Shown here: positions 1 to 13,900 of the stretch, piece by piece
Layout of the letters: every line of letters starts with the position of its first letter
How positions within the stretch are numbered: position 1 is the stretch's first letter
From: Rhynchobatus australiae
Taxonomy: Eukaryota
Assembly: GCA_034780895.1 (NCBI GenBank)
Contig: JAUZTB010000001.1
Location: 126,438,942 to 126,502,941, forward strand
Direction: 5' to 3'
DNA length: 64,000 nt
Made by a program: the position numbers and the translations under genes
Notes under the pieces: generated by a model
Told to the model about the DNA's origin: nothing
What the model saw: the letters and a program-made list of their open reading frames with translations, nothing else
Databases searched by the model: none

Positions 1-479
1 TACAGAGAACACCAGGTTCAGGGTGGAGGGGGTGGGTATGTTACCCCCACCACACATGAATCATCACAGAATCAGCAAAGTACAGGCTATTGACGACAAT
101 GTAGCAGACAATTTTGACTGGGGGAAATGAGAAATTGGCTGGAGTTTGATAGGTTGAAAAACAGTGCCACCTCGTGGGAAGAATGCAGTTACAACAGGCA
201 GTGTGTTAACATAACTAAGACCATTCTGATCTTCAACAGGGAATGTTCAGTCAACCAGTATAAAATATGGCTTAAAATACAGGTGTCAAAATCATAGCAC
301 AGGAAATAATAGAAGGGCTGGAAAGGCACACCACATGCAAGATTTTTTTGTTTTGTTCTTGATACATGGCTGATGATGGTACATTAATACTAAATATGGC
401 AAATGATTTTTTGTGGTATTGCACAAAGGGCATAATGTGCAAGTATGATCTTCAGATGAAGTGCAAATTACTGAAAAAA

Positions 480-1310
480 AGATTGAGGATGATGTTGATG
501 TGTTGGTGAAATGCATTGAGAAAAGGCAGATAGAGTTTTAATCCAAATAAATGTGAGGTGTTGCATTTGGGAATACTACTGAGGCTAGGTCATATTACAT
601 GAATGGTTGGGTCCCAAGGTGTATTGAGGAACAGAGGGACTTTCGCGAACAATTCCAAAGAAAGATCCTTGAAGGTGGTAATGCAGCTAATGTGGTTAAA
701 AAGGCATATGGGATACTGGCCTTCATTAATCAGGGCACTGAATACAATAGAGAGGTAAATGCTCCAACTTTATAAGGCATTGGTCAGACCTCAGCTGGAA
801 TACCGCATGCAGTTCTGGACCCCACTCTATAGGAAAGATGTGATGGTGCTGGAGAGGGTGCAGATGAGATTCACTATCCCAGGCAAGAGGAGAGACTGGA
901 GAGGCAAGACACTTAAGAGGGACGAGACTAAAGAGGGACTTAATTGAGGTATGCAAAATGATGTAATTATAAAATGATGTCATTATATATAAAATTATGA
1001 GGGATAATAGATGGGGTAGACGGCAGAAAATTTTATCTATCTCATATCAGAGGTAGATAAAACTAAAGGACATAAATTTAGGGTAGGGGGTAAGATTTAG
1101 AGGATCTGAGAGGGATCTTTTATCACCCAGAGAGTGGCATACACTGCCTGAGAGTGTGGTGGAAGCAGAGTCACTGACACTACTTAAGGACAAGCACTTG
1201 AACTGCCCAGGTATAGAAGGCCATGGGCCAAATGTTAGAGGATGGAATTAATATGGATAGGTGTCCAAAGGTCGGCATGGATGTGCTGGGTTGAATGGTG
1301 TATGACTCTA
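480..1310 (+). mobile_element. CR1-clade (HER1-like) LINE, degenerate 3' fragment
   Basis: RT C-terminal peptide [28 protein letters not shown] followed by CR1-type 3' UTR. Confidence 0.85.
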
Positions 1311-1490
1311 AGTAAGGGTAGAAAGTAGGGAATAACTGATAGGTATGCAGATGTTATTGAGTTCTTATTTTGAAGAAATTGGTTTTGAAATTTTTCCATT
1401 AAAATTCTCATGCCTAAACTAAGAATAGAATCTTAACCACCAAATCTATAATTTCAAACAGATACATTGCAAAAGTTGGATGAAATCATT

Positions 1491-1544
1491 TTTATTAGCT
1501 CAATAAAGAAAATTAAAAACAATGTTTAGAAGATTTTATTTATT
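1491..1544 (-). promoter_or_regulatory. Candidate GALC polyadenylation signals (AATAAA cluster)
   Basis: First minus-strand AATAAA hexamers I found downstream of the stop (1535-1544 overlapping pair, and 1491-1496), followed by T/GT-rich sequence. No transcript evidence. Confidence 0.4.
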
Positions 1545-1693
1545 TGGAGAAAGGCAAGTTACGTTTGCATTAGAAAAACAATGAAGATTTAGAGAAAGGT
1601 TCGATGTAAAACATACGATCAAAAAGTTATTCAAGAAAGTGAACAAATCAACTAAATATTCCAGACCAGAATCCTGTAACAATTCAATATTGA

Positions 1694-2450
1694 GCAACAA
1701 CAATAACAACAACAACATGATTTAAATAATCTGTTAAAATACAAAAAACCTCAGTGCTTCCGAGGAGTATCATCAAATAAACTTGACACATAGAGACATA
1801 AGGGATGTGATCTAATCCTTGGTTAGAGGCTGGATTTAAGGAGCATCTTAAAAGGAACAAAATCAACAAAGCAGAGATATTTAGGGAGGGAATTCCAGGG
1901 CTCTTGGTTTTGGCAGGAAGGCAAATCTGAAAATGATATAACAATAAACACGAGGGATCCTCACAAGGAGAGAACTGAAGTTTGGATCCCTTGCAGGATT
2001 GCAAGGCTGAAGTAGATTATAGAGAAGGGAAGGAATGAGGCCAGGTGTTGGCCAGCAAGTGAAGGACTGATAGCTAAACATGATGCAATCCAAGATGCTG
2101 GCAATAGAGTTTTGGATGAGCTGATGCTTATAGAAGGTAGAACAAGGATGCCAGCCAAGTGAAAGTTGGAGTGCACATCTATGGATGGCTAATGAGCATG
2201 TGCGCTGAAGCAGGAATGGAATTAGGCAATATTACGAAGGGTAAAAATTGGTCTTTGGTAATGGTGTCAATATCTGGTCCAATGTTCATCAGGGGTTCAA
2301 ATATGATAGTAAGGTTGCAAACAGTCAGGTTCAGCTTTAGTCAGTTGTCATGGAGACAGATGGGTATGGTAATTCAGGGAAAGGGTTAGTGGTCAGAACT
2401 GAAGACAATTGCTTTGGTACTTTTTGCTGGAAAAAAAATTTCTTGATATC
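1694..2450 (-). mobile_element. L2-like LINE 3' fragment with (TTG)n tail
   Basis: Reverse-oriented motifs tttaaggagcatcttaaa and tttagggagggaattccag; the (AAC)n run at 1694-1716 reads as the minus-strand tail. Confidence 0.55.
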
Positions 2451-2895
2451 CAGAAGGCATCCTGACAAACAACCTGACAATTATAGGCTGAGGAGGAAGA
2501 TGGTTATTCTTTCTGAGTGTCACACAATACCCTTGGTTTTGTAATTCATTCCCAGCGTACAAGTGAGCAGATGGGTGTGTAATATATATACACATCTGCT
2601 TGAAATGCAATGTCATGAATTGCATCCAATTAGGCTGAAGCAGCATGTCTTGTAACAATTATTATACCATTGACACTTGAAAGTAAACCATCAGATTTAC
2701 AATTCTAAGAGGTGGAGCTCAGTGAAACATACAAATACCCTGTTAAGATTTAGTTAAGTAGCTGCCTCCAATGCCTAAATGTACAATAGTGGGGAAACGT
2801 ACTCATGTTCACTTTAAGGCACTTCAAAACTGCAGAGACAACAAACATTCATAAGCCATTGTGCTTTAGATATGCAGGAATGGATTTACTTGGGA

Positions 2896-3039
2896 TTAAC
2901 CAGCCTGTATGTGAAAATTATCAAACTGAGCCAGTTCAAAGCCACGTGTTCCAATAGCAGCCCAGCCATTGTGCGGATGCACTACACGGACATCTTTCCA
3001 CAGTGGGTAGCCATTCAATAATCCATGTGCTAAATCACC
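2896..3039 (-). CDS. GALC: GALC exon 17 coding part to stop codon
   Basis: cacttag|GGTGAT...GGTTAA; [47 protein letters not shown]. Confidence 0.97.
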   Translation of the reverse strand, partial: GDLAHGLLNGYPLWKDVRVVHPHNGWAAIGTRGFELAQFDNFHIQAG

Positions 3040-3759
3040 CTAAGTGAAAATGAAATTAAAATGTAAAATAGTTTTTACATTCTTCAAACTAGTTTTTAGT
3101 CTTTAAAATAGTTTAGTTCACAGCAACCTAATCTATACCATTTTTGACTCTTTATAAAGTGTATTAAAATACTAATCACAAATTTATAAACAGACCAAAA
3201 TCTCTTAAATATTTTTATTTAATCTAGAAAAAATACTATTTCAAGCCAGAAAAGCTTCATATTTCTNNNNNNNNNNNNNNNNNNNNNNNNNNNNNNNNNN
3301 NNNNNNNNNNNNNNNNNNNNNNNNNNNNNNNNNNNNNNNNNNNNNNNNNNNNNNNNNNNNNNNNNNGAACTAGCTTTTCATTTAAGTATTGCAACAACAT
3401 CAGTAAAATGGTTCAGCAAGGGCAAACAGTGCCAGAATAAAAGAAAATCTACAACTGAACAATGTCTTTAATCTGAAGGGAATAAGAAGGGGAAAGGTAG
3501 TAACAAAAACTCATTTCCACCAAGAACCCAAAGGAAAGCTTTAAAGATATGTTACCAAGGGAAATTAGATCACAATAAAGCAAAATTTATTTAACTTCCC
3601 CTCTGTGCAAATTGTGAATCAGGGATACAAAAATGCAGCAAAATTCAACAAGCTAGAAAGGTCATGCTGGTGATACAATTACAGAAATCAAGCAAAAATC
3701 ACAGGCTGATAAATATTGGTGCTTTGGCCAAGCAACTGCATGTTAATTTGGCTGCTTAG

Positions 3760-3960
3760 GAATGCTCTAATGTCCTTGAGGGTGGAAATCCATTAGCCTT
3801 ATCTTGTCTGGCTTACAGGTGACTCTACACCCACCCTATGCAGTTGACTGCTAAATGCTCTATGAAATGACCTAGAGAACCACTTGGCTGAAGGCACCAC
3901 TGCCTTTCCAAGGGCAATTCGTATTGGGAATAAGTGCACAGATCTGAAAAGTGATTAAAA
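3760..3960 (+). mobile_element. 3' half of a chondrichthyan tRNA-derived SINE (related copies ~21780-22120, ~22310-22450, ~48940-49192)
   Basis: Shared degenerate motif gtccttgagggtggaaatc...tctggcttacaggtgactc...gttgactgctaaatgctctatgaaatg...agggcaatt; family recognised from memory. Confidence 0.55.
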
Positions 3961-4465
3961 TGTTAAAGCCTTAATGTACTATTTGTAATTACAATCCGGT
4001 ATTAGATCATACTACTTTAGTTTATAAGTAGAGAAATAATTTTAGTAACATATAGTATGTAATGATAGAGATAGAGAGAACTAGCATTCTAAGGCTGATT
4101 CACCTCTCCTCCACAAAGGTCAGAATCCCAAACATATGGGCTTCAGGTTACTAGCATTCTGCAACTATTACACAACAATTTTTCCCATTCATTGTCGGAG
4201 TTAAAAGAAATGATCAATAATTTATTTATCAGGCAGTCCCCCAAGTATTCCCTTTGGTTCCCTTTTTAGTTTGAAAAACAATTAAAATTTGGAATTGTGC
4301 AATTGACACACAAACTTAGAAANNNNNNNNNNNNNNNNNNNNNNNNNNNNNNNNNNNNNNNNNNNNNNNNNNNNNNNNNNNNNNNNNNNNNNNNNNNNNN
4401 NNNNNNNNNNNNNNNNNNNNNNAGAAAGGGGCAAACCACTTGAACTTCAACTATGGGACACTTAC

Positions 4466-4542
4466 CTGAAGTCTGAGAGTGAGAGTATGCCATTTTCCTG
4501 CACGTGTACCTGATTTGCCTGAAGCCAACACAGTGTTGCCAG
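4466..4542 (-). CDS. GALC: GALC exon 16 (77 nt)
   Basis: ttgcag|CTGGCAAC...CTTCAG|gtaagt; (P)GNTVLASGKSGTRAGKWHTLTLRLQ. Confidence 0.94.
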
Positions 4543-5896
4543 CTGCAAGGTAAAAATCATTCATTGACTACTCCAGCAACTATCAGTACCAAATCTTTTT
4601 TTTGTGATATCTGAGAAATCAAGCTTCTAGTTTATATTAGAAAATAAACAATGCTCACAAGAAATATCTTTAGTATAGGGATGAAGTTCAAACTGAAAGC
4701 GTGCCTTTTTTTCTCTTAGAAGTCTGTAGTTATGGCATGTTTTAAAGTAATTTTACTCCCATGATTTTGTTAGTGAGTTATTAAATGTTTTTTGTGTGTT
4801 ACAAAGGTAATTCAATATTTTATTGTCATTATCAGTCAGTAATGGTCAAAATGAAAATTTGACAAAGGGCCTGTGAACTGAAATGTTGACTCTGTTTCTC
4901 TTCCCACAGATGCAGCATGATCTGATGAGCATTTCCAGCACTTTTGGTTTTACTGTAGTTAAAATGCACCAGTGGGAAGAGGTTACCTAGATTAGAAATG
5001 CATTTCTTCCTCTGGGGTCAAGGTCTAATGCAAGTTGCATTAATGAGGTTAATTTTAGACATCTTAATGGTCTACAGTAAATTGTGCAGGCTAACTAGTT
5101 CACCAGAAAGGGTGAGTCCCCAAATAACCCAAATAATAGGCCAGCAAATGAAACAGATCGTTAATATAATTGGAAAGTGTTCCTCTAAGTTTGTGTGAAA
5201 ACACATTGCCCATGTAGTGTAAGCAAGCTTTTATTCTGCTCTAAGTCTATTCTATACCTGATTTAAGATAGATTGCTTAATGGGGCAGAAAGTCTGTGTT
5301 TAGAAGTATCAACCTCTGCACTCAATGAATGTTTAGAGGTGAGCACAACTGACAGTCAAAAATGATCTTGCGCTCAGAGCTAATGACCAAAGATAAATAT
5401 ATAAAACAGAGGGAGAAATCGATCTTTGGTATAATCTTAGTTCTTTAAACATAATCTGACTTGTGCAAGATTGCATCCTCTGGGAAATCATAGGAAATTT
5501 TCCATTTCAGAAAATGATCCCCCTTAAAACCTCAAGACATTCTCTACCATCTTATGTATTGGTGTTAAAATTGAGTTGTTTTTCTTTGAAGAAATCTGAA
5601 TGACAGGTCATACAGAAGAGGGAGACATATCCATTCCAATCTGAGTGAACTTTATTGATGGTTGTTGAAAATCTCCAGAAAATTACCAAGGTTGGCAAAA
5701 CAAGCACTGGAAAAACAGCATTTGCAGATTGCATGGGGCCCACATTTAGAAGCATTAATAGAATCAAAGTGAAATGAACCGTTGAGATGACTTTTCTCCT
5801 TAAGCTAGCAATGACTTTCTATGTTTCATTATTTACTTTGACTGTTAGCAACTGACAGTCCATAAAGTGTTTAAGTTAGAAAAACATTGGTGCTAC

Positions 5897-5990
5897 ATTG
5901 GTATTGGTATATTATTGTCACTTGTACCGAGGTACAGTGAAAAATTTGTCTTGCATACTGATCGTACAGGTCAATTCACTACACAGTGCA
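5897..5990 (-). mobile_element. Rex1/Babar LINE extreme 3' end
   Basis: Reverse complement of ttttcactgtacctcggtacaagtgacaataatatacc(aatacc)n; matches the tail at 42720-42785. Confidence 0.7.
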
Positions 5991-6299
5991 ATTACATTGA
6001 GTTAGTAATAGGGCTATGTGGAAAACAGCCTCACCAAGTAATTCAAATATTTTACAGACCAAGTTCAAAACCCATTGATGCAAGGCTTTTACTATTTTAC
6101 AGTGCACTATCCTTATTGAGACCTTCTCAGCATGTTGTGTGTTTGTGATCACACGGTGAGGGAAGAAAATGGAAAGCTTCAAGATTGTCCATGTTATGCA
6201 TCAGTAGCTTTTACAGGGAGACCTGACTCAATATCTTCCAAGATTTTAATGATGAAGGCATGTGATTAAGCCTTGTAGCAGGTCACTGATACTCTTCTC

Positions 6300-6650
6300 A
6301 TTTTAAGTGGTTCCCTTGGGTTCGAGGATGACTTCCTTCCATTTCAGATCAGTGGATTGTGGGATGGCTAATGATGCCAATATCCAGACTTTTCCACAGT
6401 TAAGGCAGGAGGTGGCACATGGATATGGGGGTGTTGTGCTCCTTCTGCTGCTTAATCAGGGCTTCTGTGTTTTCCTCATACGTGGCCTCAAGGTTCTCAA
6501 CCCCCACCCACAAGAAAGCTGTCTCTATTTGAGTAGCTAGGGGCCAGAAATTCCCAGGAGATGGTGGGGATGTTGCACTTGCTCAAGGAAGCTTTGAACA
6601 CATCCTTGAACCTTGGAATAGTGTGTCAATTTCAGGAGTCTGATGTAATT
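6300..6650 (-). mobile_element. RTE-clade LINE 3' fragment
   Basis: Minus strand reads FKDVFKASLSKCNIPTISWE; similar to 9840-9905. Confidence 0.65.
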
Positions 6651-7194
6651 CTGCCAATAGTACAATAGGATTGTTCCATGGTACTATATTCAAGTTCCAA
6701 GCTTAATTATCTCACTTTTTACTTTGATTTCGTAGAGAAAATGGACTCAGACAACATTTGTTTATGCAAGATTGAATAAAACCCATCCCTCTTTCAGGTA
6801 TGTTTCTGGTAGTTTGAGAATTCAAAATGTGACCTGGAATGGACTATTATGAGATCAGGACTCTTTATGGTTCAGATACCAAAAAAAACCTTGAAATTAG
6901 TTCTATTGAAAGATGACTGCACCAAAACATTTACTCTTGTTTTCCGTCTCTTCCCCCCCCGCAGATGCTGCCTGACCTGGTGAGCATTACCATCATCATC
7001 TGCCTTTTTTATTTGCAGATTTCAACACCTATAGTATGCTGGTTTAACAATAAGATTTTCTGCTTGATGAATGTTGCTGGACATGCTTTCCATTGCTAGG
7101 ATTTTGCTTTTTTAATTTTTTATCAATTGCTGTTGATGCAAAATAAAGATGTCATGTTGCACTGTACAACAAAAGCCTCATAGAAGAGGGAACT

Positions 7195-7595
7195 CGCCCT
7201 GTTTTCCTTGGAGCGATGGAGGATGAGGGGGGACCTGATGGAGGTGTATAAGATGATGAGAGGCACTGATCCTGTAGACAGTCAGAGGCTTTTTCCCCAG
7301 GGCTGAAATGGTTGCCACAAGAGGACGTAGGTTTAAGATGCTGGTAAGTAGGTATAGAGGAGATGTCGGGGTAAGTTTTTTACTCAGAGTGTGGTGATTG
7401 CATGGAATGGGCTGCTGGCAACAGTGGTCGAGGTGGATCCGATAGGGTCTTCTAAGAGACTTTTGGATAGGTACATGGAGCTTAGAAAAATAGAGGGCTA
7501 TGGGTAAGCCTAGCAATTTCTAAGGTAGGGACATGTTTGGCTCAGATTTGTGGGCCGAAGGGCATGAATTGTGTTGTAGGTTTTCTATGTTTCTA
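7195..7595 (+). mobile_element. CR1-clade LINE 3' fragment
   Basis: GDLMEVYKMMRG motif and terminal gggccgaaggg...ttctatgtttcta. Confidence 0.85.
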
Positions 7596-7899
7596 AGGAC
7601 ATAACAACAGTTCCCTTTGGAATCATTGGCCAAAGGCAAGAACAATTTTGCCACTTAACACTGTTTTTCTACTTACATGATTTGATCAATTATTTCCTAC
7701 CCTCATCACTATGACCTTGCTGACATCACACTATTTTAGTGAATATCTGACTCCAGAAATTTGACATGGCCCATGGTACCATTGGTCAGGTGGTGGAAGT
7801 CTACTCTGTTATTATGCTGGAATCTGAAGGTGAGCTGGTCAAAGTCAGAGTGAAGAAGAGTTGGTTGCAATGCAGAGTTGGTTGCAATTTTTAGTTTTA

Positions 7900-8379
7900 G
7901 TAGTAGTACCAAAGACAATGGGTGTTTCCAAACAGGAAGCCATGGATGAACTGAGAGATCCACTCCCTACTGAAGGAGAGGACTGCTGCACACAAATCTG
8001 CTGATCCTGATCTGTACAAGAAAGAGGTATGACCTTCGGAAAACTCAGGGATGCTAAGAGGCAATACCAACTCAAAATAGAGTCCCTGACCAGCTGTCAG
8101 TTATGGCAGGGTTTATATGCCATAACAGGCTACAAGACGAAGTCAGGCTGCATAGCTAACAACAGCTCATCCCTTCCGGATGAACTTAACGCATTCTATG
8201 CATGTTTTGAACAGAAGGGAAGTGGATTGTCACCATCCACCCTGACAGCCTCCAATGAAGCTGAACCTGTGATCACAGTGGAGGACGTAAGATTAGTCTT
8301 CAGGAGAGTGAACACGAGGAAAGCACCTGGCCCAGATGGTGTCCCTGGCCGTGTGCTCAGATCTTGTGCTGATCAGCTG
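7900..8379 (+). mobile_element. Rex1/Babar LINE ORF fragment upstream of the RT domain (runs into a gap)
   Basis: ORF 8029+: LWQGLYAITGYK...SLPDELNAFYACFE...VNTRKAPGPDGVPGRVLRSCADQL. Confidence 0.85.
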
Positions 8380-8594
8380 NNNNNNNNNNNNNNNNNNNNN
8401 NNNNNNNNNNNNNNNNNNNNNNNNNNNNNNNNNNNNNNNNNNNNNNNNNNNNNNNNNNNNNNNNNNNNNNNNNNNNNNNTTCATTTACGGCTGTAAGAAA
8501 ATGAACAGGGAAATGATTTTCTTAAAATGATGGAATGGAATATAAATAAATTCAACCGTAAATGAAGTATGAAGTTGTAATGAATAAAACTTAC

Positions 8595-8758
8595 GCAAGT
8601 CATTTGTAACTTTGTAATTCCCATCTGCGAAGATCCAGTAGTACAAGCCTCCTGCGTGTCGAATAAGTCCCCCTCCTTTATTAACCCTTCCAGCAATGAA
8701 CACACCACCAGTATTGGCTGTCTCAATGAGTACATCACAGGTTATATTGACATCCTGC
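8595..8758 (-). CDS. GALC: GALC exon 15 (164 nt)
   Basis: ttttcag|GCAGGAT...GACTTGC|gtaag; [54 protein letters not shown]. Confidence 0.97.
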
Positions 8759-9609
8759 CTGAAAAAGCAAATTCACACTTAGCATCTGACAACTAAACTA
8801 AGCTAGGTCNNNNNNNNNNNNNNNNNNNNTGCCTCAGAACTGCACACTGATTAAAGACCTGTTATGTTTGTACCATGGACACAAAATACTACTGGTTGTT
8901 CAGGTTACTTCTTAACTACATTTCATTAACATTTAAATCTTTGATGCAACTCCAATATTAATCCACAAATACATAGTTTTATTTTATAACTACATGTATA
9001 CATCTCAGCAAATTCAAGTTAGATTAATTTAGTCCTTTCAAACAATACCAATAAGAGCTCAATGCTTATTTTAAGTATTAGCCAAAGACCCACAAAACGG
9101 AGTTGAGGCCAGTCATCCTCAGTCCCAAGGGACTGCTTAAAAAGAGATCTCATACAAAAGGTTCTGCATGCTGTGCTAATTTTTGCAATTAAACACAAGA
9201 TTCTCTATTTCAGCAGAGTGAACACAAAGTGACAGCTCCCATGGACAACAGAATTATTCAATATATTAATATACACTGAGTGCAAAGTTCTCTTGCAGGA
9301 TACATGATTGAGGGCTGGGCAAATGTTAATTTTCTGCAACCAAGTTGAAGAGAGTCTGGGACGGGATCAATGAGTGAACTCATTCACACTTCCATTGGGG
9401 CCAGTAATGGTAGCAGTTTAACAGCAGTACATGTGGACATAAATGCAGTTTTGAATCCTGCAAATGGCTGACTAACTAAATACAGATATGAGAAAGGGTT
9501 TCATTTTGATGAATATTTTGGATAAATTGTAAGCAGAATTTAATCAGTCTGAGACCCATTGATTACAAATCTAATTAAATATACAACGATAAACCAGGGG
9601 CAGGGGCAA

Positions 9610-10420
9610 TATCTTCTTCTTACTTTTGGATTGAGAATGACTTGCTTCCACTCATGTTTTTTGGGTTCTGATTGGCTAATGAGGCCAATATGGGATCGAC
9701 ACACTCTTTGACTGATGGGGCAGGAGGTGGTGCACTCCACTATCATTAATGCAGACCTTTTCTGCATTCCCAATACAAGGCCCAGAGGTATCCAATACAA
9801 TCCCAAATGCTGCTTGATAGGTTGAGCTTTTATGGGACAGAAGTTCCCATGAGATAGTGGGGATATTGCAATTCTTCAAGGAAGTTTTGAGCATATCTTT
9901 GAATCTATTTCTCTAAATGCCTGGTAAGTTCCCTCAATAGAGCTCAGAATAGAGTCTGTTTTGGGAATCTAGTGCTAGGTATGTGAACAATGTGGTCTTC
10001 CCAATATAGATGACTGAGAGTAGCCAGGGCCTTTTGGCTGGGGATTTTGGCCTGGGAGAAGGTGCTGATATTGGTTCACATCCTTCCAGTGAATTTGGAA
10101 GATCTTGCTGAGATGGAAGTGGCTGCATTTTTCCAGTCCCTTATGATGCTTGCTGTAGTAGTACAGGTCTCAGAAGCACTTAGCAGGGTAGGGATCACTA
10201 TTGCCCAGTACACCATGAGCTTTGTTACCAGGTCTGAGATCTTGAATTCAAAATACTCAATTCTCAATCGAATAATGGTTGTGCTGGTGCACTGATGGCC
10301 ATGATGTATTTCATTATTGATCTTGGTCTTCACTGAGGGGTGGCCCCTGAAATATGGAGAGTTGTTCAGGTTTTTCAGGGTCTTGAAAACCTTCATTGTC
10401 AGAGTGCATTGTGGCGCACT
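9610..10420 (-). mobile_element. RTE-clade LINE, degenerate C-terminal fragment
   Basis: ORF 10076-10396(-): INNEIHH...TKLMVYWAIVIPTLLSASET; then KTSLKNCNIPTISWE. Confidence 0.8.
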
Positions 10421-10739
10421 GGGGACACATTCCAGTTTCTCTTAAACACTTCCCAAATTTTCTCTGCTCAATTTTAAAAAAATCCATGATGACACAAATA
10501 TGGCTCTTTAACCCAATCAACTGATGGAATTGTAAAGGTTAATACAATGGCAGGTGAACATTAGGTGATTAAATTCCACTGCATCAGGATAAGTCATCCA
10601 AGTCATTTCGTAAAGTGATTGAAATGCAAAGAAAAGATCAAGCAGCAATATAATCTAATGAATTTAGCAATCAAAGGATTATGCATCCAAAGAAGGCTCT
10701 GTTTCAAACTTTTTAATTAAAATAAACCAAAAACCTTAC

Positions 10740-10920
10740 CACTTGTAATCACCAATAACACTAATTGTTTGGTCAGCATCACTTGCCCAAGTTATAGGTC
10801 GCTGGGTTACGACCTGTCGCAGAGTAAACACATGGTCACCAGGATCGCTGTAGTTCATGAAATATTCAAACACTCCAGTCTGGTCAGCAAAATTAGGTGC
10901 TTCACTGAATGGTGGAATCT
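10740..10920 (-). CDS. GALC: GALC exon 14 (181 nt)
   Basis: ttcag|AGATTCC...ACAAGTG|gtaagg; [59 protein letters not shown](W). Confidence 0.97.
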
Positions 10921-13900
10921 CTGAATCACAGCAATTTGAAAAAAGAAGATTTTTGAAATTCCAACCACACGAACATCCAGCTCTCCAAAATCACACCAAC
11001 ACTGCACTGGTGGTAAAAGGATATTCCAAATATTTGAAGATGAGAGAAAGCAAAATGACATTTGTCCATGTTAATTACCTAACACAAACTTAGGATTTTG
11101 ACTTTTTCGCAAATTGAATACTTAAAACAATTTGAATTTTCTTCTCAACGCACATTTCAACAGGAAGCAGAAACTGAGCAGAACTTGTATCTGGGATTTG
11201 GAAAATTTATTGTCATGTCTCAAAAAATGTTCCAAAGCAACACCTCTTTAAAAAACAATAACCTTTTTAAACCTTACAGTGACAAGTTTTTGCGCTCAGC
11301 TTCCTAGTTCCAATGTGATTGATAATACCATGTGTCCACTTTTGATAGAATTATAGTGCAGCTTAGATGAGAAACAAATGTACAGTGGTAACATTTTGTG
11401 ATAGTTTCCAAGTCCACAGAGCTGTAAATCAATAAGCTTACCGACAATTAAAGATGCTTAAAAACACAAATAGGCAATGATTTCTACTTGAAAAGCTATT
11501 TAAATGAAACTCTCTTGATCTAGTTATATATGGAAATCTAACAACATTTCTAATGCAATTGAAGAAAAAATATTCTAAGAACTTGTACTGCTGAACTGCA
11601 ATCAATTACATTATATGCTGTGCAAATCTATTATCACAATTCAGAACTAAAGTTAAAATCTCAAACTTCAATACTAAATTGTATATACAAGTTCTGGATA
11701 TCTTATCTTAGTGAACATTACATGCCTAAGTGCTGAATTCTAGAAAGGTGTTGGAAAAATAAGGGATATGAGCATCAATTAATCATGGACTGCTTTTTAA
11801 TAAGATACATGAATCAGACTACTGGATTGAGTGCTGCACCAGATGTGTTATTTACTGTTAAACAATTCATTCAAAATAAATGTACATCCCAGTGATCACT
11901 AGATAGTTCAAAAATTAAAATAGGTATTGTTGGAGATTTTGCTGTAAATTTTGGCACTTGGAGATCCAATACCCCAAGTTATGGGGGAAAAATATTTTCA
12001 ATTGTATAAGTCCTATAGCTTTATGTGAAATGCATGAAAACTAACATATTTCTGTATATTTTATGTTATGTTTCCCTTGAATCTACTAAATTATCATTTA
12101 TTCATAAAGTTTCCANNNNNNNNNNNNNNNNNNNNNNNNNNNNNNNNNNNNNNNNNNNNNNNNNNNNNNNNNNNNNNNNNNNNNNNNNNNNNNNNNNNNN
12201 NNNNNNNNNNNNNNNNNNNNNNNNNNNNNNNNNNNNNNNNNNNNNNNNNNNNNNNNNNNNNNNNNNNNNNNNNNNNNNNNNNNNNNNNNNNNNNNNNNNN
12301 NNNNNNNNNNNNNNNNNNNNNNNNNNNNNNNNNNNNNNNNNNNNNNNNNNNNNNNNNNNNNNNNNNNNNNNNNNNNNNNNNNNNNNNNNNNNNNNNNNNN
12401 NNNNNNNNNNNNNNNNNNNNNNNNNNNNNNNNNNNNNNNNNNNNNNNNNNNNNNNNNNNNNNNNNNNNNNNNNNNNNNNNNNNNNNNNNNNNNNNNNNNN
12501 NNNNNNNNNNNNNNNNNNNNNNNNNNNNNNNNNNNNNNNNNNNNNNNNNNNNNNNNNNNNNNNNNNNNNNNNNNNNNNNNNNNNNNNNNNNNNNNNNNNN
12601 NNNNNNNNNNNNNNNNNNNNNNNNNNNNNNNNNNNNNNNNNNNNNNNNNNNNNNNNNNNTGACTGTTTATTTTTCTCCATAGATGCTGCCTGACCTGCTG
12701 AGTTCCGCCAGCATTTTGTTTGTGTTGATCCAAATTCCAGCATCTGCAGAATCTCTCGAGCTTTATTTTAAAAATATGAATATACAATATGATATTTCCC
12801 TGAGATTTTTGATCTAATGCAACAGATTCATTGTATCAGAATCACAAGGCTGCTAGATTGCTTATAGGATAAATTCACTTTGCAGACAAGGAAATCTCTG
12901 CAGTTTACTTAGTGGTAATCTCATGGGCAGCATTACTATTGTATTTCACATTTCTCTTCAATGCCTCGACTAGAACCAAACCAAAACATCGACTAGTCAA
13001 ACTGCTGCTTACTACTTACACATTTCAGGTATCTGTTACCAGCAGCTGCCTGCCATTGCAAATACAAGAAACTACGCAATGTAATATGTAGGTATGTAAC
13101 AAAATGCCATGACCAAAATATTTAATCTTATTTGGTTAGAAACAAAATATCAATGTGACACACACTGTGATCAACCTGACATTTCCACAATCTGTGTATT
13201 GCACAAATTTAATGCTAATTTCTCTGTTCCTCCACATACCCGTGTCCTATGGACAGAGGTGAGATGCCATTATTGTTCTTCCGAGAAGGGGNNNNNNNGC
13301 AAACAATAGGGGTTTGCAATATTATTGCGGGCTTTGATAAAGTAAATAAGGGGAGTCCATCTTGACTGGTGAGTGAGTCAAATGACACAACATAATTAGC
13401 AAAAGCACTGAAGGATCTTTCTGTTTTGCACACTAAGTTACAATGATCTTGAATGGACTGCCTGATTGGGTGGTGGAAACTGATTCAACACTAACTTGCA
13501 GATTCTAACTGGAATAGGAGAAAGAGAGATCAAGAATAGTGGGAGAGAGTCATGATTGGGACCAACTGGACAGCCCTTCCAAATAGGCAACTTAGGAAAA
13601 AATATTCTGCAAGGTTCTACAAATGATAAATTATGAATTATGCCTTTATAGTTGTTCTTAAGCAGCGGGCAACATTAGCAACAAAACAATTATTGCACAT
13701 CCTTGGGTTTTATATCGAGGGCATTAAGATCTGACTACAGCATGGAGTCACACAGCACAGAAACAGGCCCTTTGGCCCAGTGTAGTCCATGCCAATGAGA
13801 TTCCCATCCAAGCTAGTTCCATTTACCAGTTGGGATAAAGAGGGGTATAAAAACTGGCACTGGCAAGAGTACTAATTGGATAGCAGTATTTCTCTACATC

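Noticed and set aside
8029-8496. 155-aa ORF as a host gene
   Set aside because: It is a Rex1/Babar LINE fragment extended by a gap.
11442-11519. AG...GTAAG-bounded minus-strand segment as the missing exon 13
   Set aside because: It is 78 nt (wrong phase), has an in-frame TAG and shows no similarity to GALC.
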